A DNA stretch of 64,000 nt from a virus (lineage: Duplodnaviria; Caudoviricetes), in the IMG/VR virus record IMGVR_UViG_3300037420_001796, positions 21,255-85,254 of that record; one strand, written 5' to 3'. Position 1 is the stretch's first letter; each line of letters starts with the position of its first letter. The notes beneath the pieces are model-generated. The model did no database searches. It had not been told where the DNA came from and saw only the letters and a program-made list of their open reading frames with translations. This document shows, one piece after another, positions 17,602 to 27,300 of the stretch. The translations under genes and the position numbers were made by a program.

Positions 17602-19755
17602 CTACAGTGTGATCATGTTGTCAGCCACCGCCTGCGAGATGTCCTCGTGCGTGACCAGCAGGACCTGCTTGAACCCGGCCGTCGCGAGGAAGCCGAGCAT
17701 GTTGTTCGTGCGTCCGTCGTCGCACGCCGCGGCGGGCTCGTCCAGGATCAGGAACGGCGACATCGGCATGAACGTGCGAACGAGAGCAACTCGAATCGCA
17801 AGGCCGAGGATGTCAAGCGTCGAACCGGAAATCGTCTCGCCTGTGACGGGGTGACCGTCGACGGTGAAGGCGTCCGTCGTCTTGCGCACCTTCGAGGGCA
17901 CGCCGCGCATGTCGCTGAAGTACGTCGACACGGCGTTGAGCACGAGGTTCCAGAGTTGGTCCGCGATGAGAGGACGGCACTGGCGCACACGCTTGAGAAG
18001 CGCATTGTTGAACTCGAGTTCGTCGAGCTCCTCACGGCGCTCGCGCAACGCGGCTTCTGCGGCCTTGACTGAAGCCTTCGCACGCTCGTAGTTGGCGATC
18101 GCATCGGTCTTGGCTCGCACGGCTTGGTCGTACTCGCGCTGCGCGGCAGTCAGGGCGTCCTGAAGTGGTCTCAGTGCATCACGAGCAGCTTCCGCAGCGG
18201 CGCGAAGTGCATCGATGTCGACTCGGTTCGGCCCACGTGCGCGCCGGCCGTACGCGTCCTCGCGCTCGGTGTACAGGCGAGCTCGCTCCGCGGTAAGCGT
18301 TTCGATCTTCGCGCTCGCGCGCTCGAATGCACGCTGCTGGTCTTCTGCATCCTTGATCTTCAGCTTCAAGTCGAGGATGGTGTCCTCAACGTCGTCCTCC
18401 TGATCGGTGATTTCCGGACCAGTCCACACGAGGAACGGCGGGAGAACGTCGTCCTCGAGTCGCGCCACGTCGCCGACAACGTCAAGGACCTTGAGAACCG
18501 GGCGGGACGCGGCAAGGATTCCCTGCAAGCGTTTGATCTCTGCATCAGCGAGCGAGATCTGCTGCTCGGCGAGCCGCGCCTTACCGTCGGCCTCCTCGGC
18601 CTGGCGAGTCAGGTGCGCGTTCTTTTCCTTTACCTCAGGCACGTTGCTGAAGTCCTGACCGCAGAAGCTGCAGCTGCCGTCGGCGATCTGCTGACGCAGA
18701 AGACGAGCGTCGGTAGAGGCCTTCTCACGCACTTTGACATGCACCTCGCGAGCGGCGCGAACATTCTCGATGTCCTGCTCTAGGGCCTCGATCGTGCCCT
18801 TGAACTCGTTGGCAGCGAACTTGTCGTGGCTCTTGGTGCGGATGTAAGGCTCTACCTTCTCAAACTTCTTCCGCAACTCGCCTATGCGCTTGGCATCGTC
18901 GATCTGCTGGCGCAGAGCTGCGATGTCGACGTTGTCGGGCGCGGGCGTTGCCTTCAACTCCTTCAACTCAGTTTCGACGTCGATGATCCGGTCGCTCAGC
19001 CCGTTCACTTCGCGATCGAGTGCGGCGACTTCCGCCGCTGCCACCTTGCCATCGTTGTAGGCCTTGTTCGCGGCGTCGGCCTTCTCCTGCGCTTCCTGCT
19101 GCAGCTTGGTGGCGATGTCGATGTCTTCCGTCGCGCGTTCGATGTCCGCGTTCAGGTCCTCGAGGTCCGGCTCGACCGCAGCCGTGCGAGCTTCATCGAG
19201 CTGGCGCTCCGCCGCAGCGATCGCAGCTTCTACCGTCGCCGTGCTGCCAAGCGTGAGCTCCTCCTGCATCTGCTCGATGAGGTTGTCGATCTGGTCGAAC
19301 TCCGCGAGGCGCTCGATCAGCTTCGTCGTCTCCGCCGCGCCGGCTTCCAGCGCCCCGCGGATGCCGCCTTGCTTGGCCAGGATCAGGCGAGTCGCGGCAA
19401 CAGGGTCTGCCTTGAGCAAGCGGCACACGAAAGCGGTGACTTCGTTCTGGCCGGTCACGGTGCCGCCGTCGTAGTTCACTTCGGCGCCCGACTTGCCCCG
19501 CTTGATCGTGTAGACGACGCCGTCGACACCGAGCTCGAGCTCGACCTTCAGGCTCTTGGGCTCTTCGCCCCACGTCACGAGGTCTTCGAGCGTGGCGCCA
19601 AGTCCTTTCACGCCGAACAGGGCGTAGCAGATGGCGCGAAGGAGGGTGGACTTGCCTGCCTCGTTCGCGCCGCGCAGGGCTGTGAGCCCTCCGTTGAACA
19701 CAACTTCCAGATGCCGATGGCGTTGGAAGTTGGTGAGTCGGATCTTATTCAGCAA
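17602..19755 (-). CDS. SbcC/Rad50 (T4 gp46-like) SMC ATPase
   Basis: Walker A GANEAGKSTLL, long coiled coils, a CSFC zinc hook and Walker B FLILDEP. Probable TTG start after GGAGAG. Confidence 0.88.
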   Translation of the reverse strand: MLNKIRLTNFQRHRHLEVVFNGGLTALRGANEAGKSTLLRAICYALFGVKGLGATLEDLVTWGEEPKSLKVELELGVDGVVYTIKRGKSGAEVNYDGGTVTGQNEVTAFVCRLLKADPVAATRLILAKQGGIRGALEAGAAETTKLIERLAEFDQIDNLIEQMQEELTLGSTATVEAAIAAAERQLDEARTAAVEPDLEDLNADIERATEDIDIATKLQQEAQEKADAANKAYNDGKVAAAEVAALDREVNGLSDRIIDVETELKELKATPAPDNVDIAALRQQIDDAKRIGELRKKFEKVEPYIRTKSHDKFAANEFKGTIEALEQDIENVRAAREVHVKVREKASTDARLLRQQIADGSCSFCGQDFSNVPEVKEKNAHLTRQAEEADGKARLAEQQISLADAEIKRLQGILAASRPVLKVLDVVGDVARLEDDVLPPFLVWTGPEITDQEDDVEDTILDLKLKIKDAEDQQRAFERASAKIETLTAERARLYTEREDAYGRRARGPNRVDIDALRAAAEAARDALRPLQDALTAAQREYDQAVRAKTDAIANYERAKASVKAAEAALRERREELDELEFNNALLKRVRQCRPLIADQLWNLVLNAVSTYFSDMRGVPSKVRKTTDAFTVDGHPVTGETISGSTLDILGLAIRVALVRTFMPMSPFLILDEPAAACDDGRTNNMLGFLATAGFKQVLLVTHEDISQAVADNMITL

Positions 19756-20623
19756 AGTCTTTCTCTCCGAAAACAGGAACAGGTTGTCTCTCGAGGAGCC
19801 AGCGGAACTGCACCCACCCCACGAAGTTGTTGAAGGGCACCTCTGGCTTTCCAGAAGGGAACGCCTGATGCTCAAGCGGTGACGCGTGCATCGGCTTGGC
19901 CGTCGCCAAACGCTTGAACAGCTCGATGTCCTTCACCGCGTCGGGGATCGTGCCGTCGTGGTTCAGGTAGCTCACGCGAGCGCAGCGCGCCGCCGACAGG
20001 CGAGCGAGGAACAAGCCGCCGTCCTGGCCCTTGTCAGCGACGACCTCGCGTTCGAAGTCGCGCACGTAGGGAAGGTGCCAGTTGTAGACGTTGTTGGAGT
20101 CGGTGCCTCGCTTGGTCGGCGTCGCGTTCGCGATGGCTTCACGAATTGCTTTTGCCAATCGTTGGAAGTGCGGCTCCGCCGCGGGGTGATCGCGCAGCCC
20201 GAAGAAGTTCTCCCACTCGGTCGCAGTGACGATCGTGCGCATCCACTGGAACGGCTCCAGCAAACGGTTGACGATCTGCTTGTGCAGGCCGAGATCGTGA
20301 AGGCTTTGTGCGAAGTACGCAGCGTGCTGCGCGGCGCGCCGCCACTCGTGCTCGGCTTCCGCGCGCTTGCCGATTGGAATCTCGGCGCCGGACTGCATGC
20401 CCGGCTGGTTCGATCCCCACTCCAGCGGCACGAACGGATCGCTCTTGACCTGCTCGATCATCTTCATGACCGGAACAGCGCGCGATGACATCGCGTTGCG
20501 CGAGAAGACGCGGTGCGTCATCAGTTCGCCGTGAATGCAGCGCGGATATTCCAGAGCGAGCGTGGGCAGCGGAGGGTGACCGTCGCACACGCTGTACTCG
20601 ATAACTTCTGCCTTGATTGCCAT
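19745..20623 (-). CDS. thyX: Flavin-dependent thymidylate synthase (ThyX/Thy1-like)
   Basis: YPRCIHGELMTHRVFSRNAMSSRAVP and LSAARCARVSY motifs of phage Thy1 proteins. Confidence 0.8.
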   Translation of the reverse strand: MAIKAEVIEYSVCDGHPPLPTLALEYPRCIHGELMTHRVFSRNAMSSRAVPVMKMIEQVKSDPFVPLEWGSNQPGMQSGAEIPIGKRAEAEHEWRRAAQHAAYFAQSLHDLGLHKQIVNRLLEPFQWMRTIVTATEWENFFGLRDHPAAEPHFQRLAKAIREAIANATPTKRGTDSNNVYNWHLPYVRDFEREVVADKGQDGGLFLARLSAARCARVSYLNHDGTIPDAVKDIELFKRLATAKPMHASPLEHQAFPSGKPEVPFNNFVGWVQFRWLLERQPVPVFGEKDFAE

Positions 20624-20633
20624 GTTGTTCTTC

Positions 20634-21257
20634 TTATTCGGCGGGGGTGTTCAGGACACGGTGCAGGAACTTGTGGTACTTGCGCTGGTCCATGAGTTGG
20701 TTGAAACGATCGAGGAATCGCTCGCGCGCTTCTCTCGGCGTCATGCGCACGATCTGGATGCGTGCGGGCTCGCCCTTGATCAACCACGGCGCGGGACTTT
20801 CTCCGACGATCTGCTCCTTCTCGGCAAGCAGCACCGCGTTGTCGGCGTGCGTGATCAGCTCGGGCAGCTCGCGCGCCAAGTCGAACTTCTCGGCGACGGC
20901 GCCCCACACGGCGTCCTCGATCGGGCCGTATTCCTTCAGGTGACGCTTGAGCGGCCGGTGAATGTCCTTGAGGTACGCTTCCGGCGCGTCGTGCAGCAGG
21001 CCCTCGAGCGCCCATTCCGCGGGCACTTCGTACGACACGTACACGCTGTGCTGCGCGACGCTGTAGTGGTCCTCGATCTGGCCGGCGTAGCGGCACTCGT
21101 TGCTCAGGCCCACGGCGATGTCGTAGATGTCGACCTCGTCGGCGCGCGGGTCCAGCGGCCAGAACATCCTGCCGCTCACGGTCTGCATCCAGTCACCCTT
21201 GCGCCCGCGCTCTTGAGCGAAAGCTGCTCGTGCGGGTTGCTCGAAGTCGTGGCTCAT
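20634..21257 (-). CDS. HD-domain 5'-deoxynucleotidase-like protein
   Basis: CRYAGQ...HYSVAQHSV...GLLHDAPEAYLKD, the YfbR-like HD signature. Confidence 0.82.
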   Translation of the reverse strand: MSHDFEQPARAAFAQERGRKGDWMQTVSGRMFWPLDPRADEVDIYDIAVGLSNECRYAGQIEDHYSVAQHSVYVSYEVPAEWALEGLLHDAPEAYLKDIHRPLKRHLKEYGPIEDAVWGAVAEKFDLARELPELITHADNAVLLAEKEQIVGESPAPWLIKGEPARIQIVRMTPREARERFLDRFNQLMDQRKYHKFLHRVLNTPAE

Positions 21258-21478
21258 TGCTGGGCCTCCTCGGCGGGGGCCTTCGACGAAGGCGTGACGA
21301 TCCATTGCACGAGCTTCTGCCCGACGTTGCCGCCGTAGTACAGGCCTACGATCCACTTGATCAGGGACGCGAGGTCCGGGTCGATCTTCAAGTGGGTGAA
21401 GACCATGACCTCGATCGACGTCAGGACCGCCACAGCGATCAGGAATTTGCGGGACTCGAACGAACGGGGGATGCGCAT
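21254..21478 (-). CDS. Small two-helix membrane protein (holin-like)
   Basis: SRKFLIAVAVL first helix and LIKWIVGLYYGGNVG second helix. Confidence 0.5.
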   Translation of the reverse strand: MRIPRSFESRKFLIAVAVLTSIEVMVFTHLKIDPDLASLIKWIVGLYYGGNVGQKLVQWIVTPSSKAPAEEAQQ

Positions 21479-21479
21479 G

Positions 21480-21776
21480 TCAGGCCTCCACCCGGCCTTC
21501 GGCCTGTGCGCGTTTGAGATACCTCTGGATCTTCTCGCGGCGTGCCGCTCGATGAACCTCAAGGTCCGCGGGCAGCTTGATGTAGCCGCCTTCGAGCAGC
21601 TCGTCGACCGACTCGTACAAGTCGATGATCTCGCCGACGAGTCGTTCCGCGTTGCTGTATGGATTGCCGGGCTGGCGCTCGTCCAGACCGAATCGAATCG
21701 CCTTGGAGGCGCGCTGCGACACTTCGTCGCATTCCTCCATGACTAGCGTCAGGAGGTATTGATCCTTGGTCAACAT
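21480..21776 (-). CDS. MazG-like nucleotide pyrophosphohydrolase
   Basis: LVMEECDEV...LVGEIIDL matches the all-alpha EExxE...ExxD pattern. Confidence 0.68.
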   Translation of the reverse strand: MLTKDQYLLTLVMEECDEVSQRASKAIRFGLDERQPGNPYSNAERLVGEIIDLYESVDELLEGGYIKLPADLEVHRAARREKIQRYLKRAQAEGRVEA

Positions 21777-21860
21777 CTTTCTCTTTCTTCTTATCGTGTT
21801 GATCTGCGCGCCGGCCCTCGCCGGTCGCGGATGGTTTAGATCAGGTCGTGGCCTGAAAAG

Positions 21861-22151
21861 TCAATGGATTCCTCCGCGCAGGTTCTTCGGGATCTCGTAC
21901 ACGGTGATGAGCACGTTGCCCTTGAAAAAGTACAGGTGCTCGCCGTAGATCTTCGGCACCGAGCCAGGGTGGTCCTTCCACTGCCCGTCCAGATACCGCT
22001 TCAGGCGTCCACGCGCGTCAGCGTGGCCCTTGCCAAGCTCGTACGCGCGCTGCGCTGCCGCCTCGTGCGCTTTCTTCGGCAGCCCAAGGCGCTCTTTCAT
22101 TCGGTCGTGCGCGTGCGCGGTGAGGGAGACGACGTCTTCAACTTGCGACAT
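21861..22151 (-). CDS. Hypothetical protein
   Basis: 96 aa with an AGGAGG ribosome-binding site; HAHDRMKER motif. Confidence 0.6.
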   Translation of the reverse strand: MSQVEDVVSLTAHAHDRMKERLGLPKKAHEAAAQRAYELGKGHADARGRLKRYLDGQWKDHPGSVPKIYGEHLYFFKGNVLITVYEIPKNLRGGIH

Positions 22152-23262
22152 CTGCTTCCTCCTCCGGTTGCGCCTCCGTGCGTCCAGTCAGTTCCCTGAT
22201 CTTTGCGGCCTGGCGCTCGTCAAGCATGCCAAGCAGCAGCCCGATCACGTCGATGCGCCGGATGTCTTCCTGCGTCACGATCTCGTCGTCGGTTGTGTCC
22301 AGTCCCTCGACCTGCACCGCGTTGGTCACGACGAAGGAGTGGCTGCGCTGGCGGAACTGCGCGATCGCCTTCACGACGTCGGCGGCTTGCGTGGCCGCTG
22401 CTTCCCCGACAACACGTACGAAACCGCGTCCGTCTTCGCTCAGCTCTCCGAGCTCTTGCCAGTCGGCTTCTGCGAACCAGCCGTCGTCATCGTCCTTGGA
22501 CCACGTCTGGATGTGATCGAACGAGCCGTCCTCGTTGACGATCAGCGCGTACTTCTTGCCGTCCTTTTGTGCGTCGCCGTGCGCAAGGCAATCGACGACC
22601 GACGTCGGGAACTGGTTGCCCACGATCACGAGGTGGCCGTTCATCAGCGTGCGGGCCAGGTGCTCGTGGCCGAGCACGACGGTCATGCCGCGATCGCGCA
22701 GCTTTCGGACCTGCTCGCGCGAGACGTTCAGGCTGTGGTCGAGTGCGCCTGCGAACGTGTTCTCGTAGTTGCAGTGAAGCAGCACGGTCTTGGCTTCGTC
22801 GGGCACTTGCGACAGGGCCAGATCGAACTGCTCCTGATTCACGAGGTGCGGAATCATGTACACGCCCGCAGAGAGCAGCGTGGGCTTTCGGATCAGGCGG
22901 AAGCGCCCGGGAAACCATCCTTCGAGGATCACGCCGAGGAACGCGACGATGCCCAGCTTGCTGGAGTCCTTCGCAAGGTCGTGGTTGCCCAGACCCCACT
23001 CGAGCTCTTTGTCGGGGTTGCCCTCGAGGAACAGCTTCGCTGTCGCAAGGATCTCGATGCCCTCGGACAGTGGGATGTCGTACTGGTCGGCGAGGTCCCC
23101 GTTGACCGTCACGACGTCGCAGTTGTGCTTCACAGCCAGCTGCAGCAAGGCGGCGTGCTTGTCGTGCGCGAACTTGCGCAGGGCTTCGGCGCTGGAAATC
23201 GTCGTGCCGCCGGAGCGTTGCACGCCCAGGTGCAAGTCGTTGATGATCAGTCGTCGAGTCAC
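22138..23262 (-). CDS. SbcD/Mre11 (gp47-like) metallophosphoesterase nuclease
   Basis: NDLHLG, NGDL, GNHD, LLH and LGHEH calcineurin-like motifs. Confidence 0.82.
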   Translation of the reverse strand: MTRRLIINDLHLGVQRSGGTTISSAEALRKFAHDKHAALLQLAVKHNCDVVTVNGDLADQYDIPLSEGIEILATAKLFLEGNPDKELEWGLGNHDLAKDSSKLGIVAFLGVILEGWFPGRFRLIRKPTLLSAGVYMIPHLVNQEQFDLALSQVPDEAKTVLLHCNYENTFAGALDHSLNVSREQVRKLRDRGMTVVLGHEHLARTLMNGHLVIVGNQFPTSVVDCLAHGDAQKDGKKYALIVNEDGSFDHIQTWSKDDDDGWFAEADWQELGELSEDGRGFVRVVGEAAATQAADVVKAIAQFRQRSHSFVVTNAVQVEGLDTTDDEIVTQEDIRRIDVIGLLLGMLDERQAAKIRELTGRTEAQPEEEADVAS

Positions 23263-23501
23263 GCTTCTTCCTTTCGTTTCTCAAGGGCCGCGCGCGAGGC
23301 CGCGTGGCGCGCCGCACGGCGCTGCGCGTTCTCTTCGGCGGTCAGCTTGTCGATCTGCTCTCTCGACATGCGACGCTTGGGCGCGCACGTCACGCAGATC
23401 CATGTAGGCGGCGAGCCCGGGGGCTTCGGGACTCGCCGTGCCCGTTCAAGCGGCACGAAGTGCCGCCCGTACGAGCAGTACTTTTCTTTTGCAGCGCTCA
23501 A
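23259..23501 (-). CDS. Small putative Zn-binding protein
   Basis: Probable TTG start overlapping the upstream stop; CSYGRH...CVTC. Confidence 0.45.
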   Translation of the reverse strand: MSAAKEKYCSYGRHFVPLERARRVPKPPGSPPTWICVTCAPKRRMSREQIDKLTAEENAQRRAARHAASRAALEKRKEEA

Positions 23502-23992
23502 GGTTTCACCTCGAACACGTACGGGTGTGCGTCGTTCAGCGCTTCGTCCGCGCCGTCGAACGTAGGAAATCCACGCAGGTCCCACGAACCCTTGTCGCCG
23601 AACTCCATCAGCATCGAGGCGCGCGGAATCACGCGCCACTTCTCAATGGTCGAGTGGTAAACGAGGATGGGGCACACGCCGCCGCACTTCTCCCGCTTGC
23701 GCAGCCGAGGCAGCTGGCTGATCTTGTCGCGTGAGAGCCGATATTCGTGCTCGGTCTCCTTTGCTTCGATCAAACCGAAGGCGGGCGGGTTGCCCGCCAA
23801 CGAGCCCATGTAGTAATCGAAGTCCGCAGGAGCGGCCTTGATGATTCGACCCGCTGCCTTCGTGTCCGGCAGCCGGTTGAACTCGCGATACACGCTGCGC
23901 TCCTGCCACCACCCGAGGTAGTCCTGGACCGCGTTTTCTGTCTCTTTGCCTCGATCGGCGAAGCGATTTGTCTTCTTGAACTTCATTTGCAC
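23498..23992 (-). CDS. RecU-like Holliday junction resolvase (PD-(D/E)xK)
   Basis: RGKETE...PADF...FGLIEAK...Q motifs. Confidence 0.7.
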   Translation of the reverse strand: MQMKFKKTNRFADRGKETENAVQDYLGWWQERSVYREFNRLPDTKAAGRIIKAAPADFDYYMGSLAGNPPAFGLIEAKETEHEYRLSRDKISQLPRLRKREKCGGVCPILVYHSTIEKWRVIPRASMLMEFGDKGSWDLRGFPTFDGADEALNDAHPYVFEVKP

Positions 23993-24029
23993 CCTTTGTT
24001 TTTGTTGTTGGTGGGTTGCAGGGGAAAGG

Positions 24030-24317
24030 TCAGGCCGTCATGAGCCTCGCTCTTCGCTGTTCGTCACGAGCCGTCGAAGTTGCGGCCGCCGCAGGAGATG
24101 GCGACTTCGCGAAGACGCGCTCCATCGCCTGCGAGTGCCGTTTCTTCAGTTCGTGACCGCACGAGCGGCTCATGCCGCTGGTGATGTTGGTGCCTCGCAC
24201 TTCCCGCGTCACGCCGCAGGAGCACCGGCACTTGAAGTACCGTGAACCCTTGCCGCGCTTTTCAGTTTCCTCGAGGATCGTCCATTGACCGATGGTGTTG
24301 CCCGGTTCAAGCGTCAT
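24030..24317 (-). CDS. Stand-alone Cys-rich domain of the type found N-terminal to phage HNH/AP2 endonucleases
   Basis: GQWTIL...YFKCRCSCG...V.G.NI.SG.SRSCG, with no nuclease domain following. Confidence 0.6.
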   Translation of the reverse strand: MTLEPGNTIGQWTILEETEKRGKGSRYFKCRCSCGVTREVRGTNITSGMSRSCGHELKKRHSQAMERVFAKSPSPAAAATSTARDEQRRARLMTA

Positions 24318-27300
24318 GCAGCGACCGCCTCCCCGGTGATCTCTTCGATCGCTTTGCTGATCACTTCGGCGTCGAATTCTTCGCCGCACTCCGTCTGCTC
24401 GCCGTAGGACGGGCCGATGGAGATGGAGCCAACGATCGGGATCTGCATGTTCGCGTAAGGCCCGGTCATGCACTGGTGCACGATCCGTGTGACATCGACC
24501 AGATGCTCCGGCACAGCGGAGAAGACCAATTCATCGTGGACCGGGAAGTAGAACTGGCAGTCGAAGCGGCCGTCCCAGAACACACCGGAGTCCCACACGC
24601 GAGACATGGCCAGCTTCGTCATCTCACCGGCGGAGCCTTGGATGTAGAAGTTCGGACCTTGACGCGCGGCCTTGTCGGCCTCCCAGCGGTTCTCGGACGA
24701 GAGCGCCTCGGCAAGGTGGCGCCGCGCGCCCATCATCGTGACGGCGTAGCCAGTCTCTTCGACGGCCTGTCGAACCTCGTCCTTCCATGGGGCGATGCCC
24801 GGGAATGCAGCTTCCTTCGCGTCGATGAACAGCTGCGCGGTCTCAGGCTCGACCAGAAGCGACTTGCTCACGGTCTCGGCCTGCGCGTCGTACTGCGTCG
24901 CGAAGTTCGTCGTCTTCGCGTCCTCGCGCAACTTCTTCGCCTTCAGCGCCGCCTCGGGGTCCGGGGACTTGCGCATGGCTTGGAACTCCTCGTACGTGAT
25001 CGTCTGGCCGTTCCACATGAGCGGCGCGGCCTGCACTGCGGTGAGGCTGTGAACGTCACGCAGGTTGTCGCCTACGTAGCAAGCGGTCAGCGCCTCGTCG
25101 CCGGACATTTCGGCCATCAGGCGCAGCTCCTGGCCGGCGAAGTCGATAGAGCCCACCAACGCGCGGATGACGTGCGCCAGCACGATTTCTCGGAACTCCT
25201 TGCCTTCGCCGCGCTTGGGCAGCTGCTGCACGTTCGGGTTGCTCGCGCTGTATCGGCGCGTGACCGCACGGGACTGGTTCAGGTGGGCGTGCACGCGCCC
25301 GTCTTTCCAGTGCGGGATGACGCGATACGTTTTGTAGAAGAGCTTTCGGCGCGTCATCACCGTCTTGACGGTCTGCAGCGCCTTGAGCACCTTGCGCTGC
25401 TCGTCGGTCAGGTCCTTGTCCAAGGCGAGGGCCAGATCGATCGCCGTGTCGTCGCCGGCAGCCTTGGCCTTCAGAGCGGCGCGCTCCTCGTCGGTGTACG
25501 TCACCGACTTGCCTTGCTTTTCCTTTCGGCGCTTGCGGAAGGCTTCGGCCTTGACGGGATCGTTGCGCTCCTTGTCGGTCAGCTTGATCAGGATGCGCGG
25601 CGTGATGCCGATCACGTCGTACAGCAGGCGCTTGATCTGCACCGGGCTGTCGAAGTTAATGACGGGATCGCCGGTGAAGTTCGCCGCGACTATGCTGTTG
25701 ACGAAGCCGACCTGGTTCTTCTCTACTTCGTCAGCCAGAAGCAGTGCGCTTTGGTAATCGGGGAACTGCTCACGGATGTCGTGGGCAAGCGCGTCCAGCT
25801 TCTTCTTGCGCGTATCGAGGTTGCAGCCCCCGGTGACAATCTCCACAGCCTCCTTGACGTTGGCGGGAGTCAGCTCGGTGTACTCGGGGCAGACGGTGCC
25901 CGCCCAGCCGTGACCCATCAGGAACTCACGCAGCGTCTTCCACGCCTCGTCGTACCGCTCGTCGTCCTTCTTCTCCATGCCGACGAGCTTTTCCATCGAG
26001 ATCGGGAAGCCCTTCACGAACGCGAGGCTTGTCAGGTACTCAGGCTTTTGCTCCACGGCGAGATACACGTCCCACGTGTTCTCGATTTCCATGATCACCT
26101 GGTGATAGGTGAAGAGAGCAGCCGTGCAGATCGGGTCGTCGCAACCGTAGTTGAACGCACGCTCGGCGGTGAGCTCGTTCATCTTGTATTGCTTGCCGTC
26201 GATCGTCGTGACGTGCTCGTACGTTTCCTGCTCGTAATCGAGCTCGAGCTTGCTGCGGTCCTTCAAGCCGAGCGGCAGGTTCTCGTTGGTGTAGCTGGAA
26301 GACTGAAGAGTGTCGATCGCGTTCGGCCACATGCCCGCCCAGCCGTTGTCCTTCCACACTTCGCCCCAGTGCTGATAGAGCACCGGAAATTCGTACGCGC
26401 GGTTGTGGATCACCGTGTACAGGCGCTTGCTCGGGATCTGCTCGCACAGCTGGCGGCACTGGTCCAGCGTGATGTTCTTGACCTTGTCCGTCTCCTTGTG
26501 GTCGACGGTCATGTAGATCGTGTGCTGAGTGTTGTCGCCGAATGTGATGCCCATGCCGGTGAGCTCGGCACCCAACACGTCGATCTTCTCGGTGGTGGAC
26601 TTCTCCGAGATCGCCATCAGCTTTTCGAGCCACTCGTCTGACTCATCAGGAGTGGAAGCTTCGATGTCCATCGCGACGAAGGGCGAGGTCTGCACCGCGC
26701 CCTTGAACCGACGCAAGATCTCTTCGTAGTTGCCGGCGTGCACCAGCGTCTTCGTGCCGTAAAAGCGGCGCAAGTCGTGCACGCGGTTCTCCGGAGCAAG
26801 GCTTTCCCACTGCTTGACCATGCCCGCTTTGATCGTGAGCGGGCGGCGACGCGTGTTCACCTCGTCGGCCATCAAGCGCGCAACGCGCCAGCTGGTCGCG
26901 ACCTGGTCCTTGCTGTCGATGATGCGTTGCAGCTTGGGCATCTGATCGATGTCCTCCCGCAGGCGGTGCAGCTTGTCGGTCTCGATCAGCTCCTGCATCA
27001 CTTCGAGGCCCTCGAGCCCGAAGGTGCGCACCAGCTCCACGAAGGCGGCGTCACCGAAGTTCTTGGCGCCGGGAATCTTGTCGGAGTTGTCGCCGACGAG
27101 CGCCTTGTACAGCGTGATGTACTTGTGCGGGAACATGCCGAACGGGTTCTTGTTAAGGTCGGACCCGTTCCACACGTCTGTGTTGTCGTCGACAAGGACG
27201 GACATGTCGCCGTCGCCGGAGCGCACGACGTTGCGGCTCTTGCGAAGGTGCTTGGCGAAGTAGGCCAGCACGTCGTCGGCTTCCATGCCGTCTTGCCACG

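Noticed and set aside
17602-19875. Extended N-termini in the ORF track (SbcC from 19875, PolA from 27724, ligase from 41213, MGTR paralog from 48392)
   Set aside because: The extensions overlap upstream genes or regulatory elements. Downstream starts have clear SD motifs and begin at the family-typical N-terminus.
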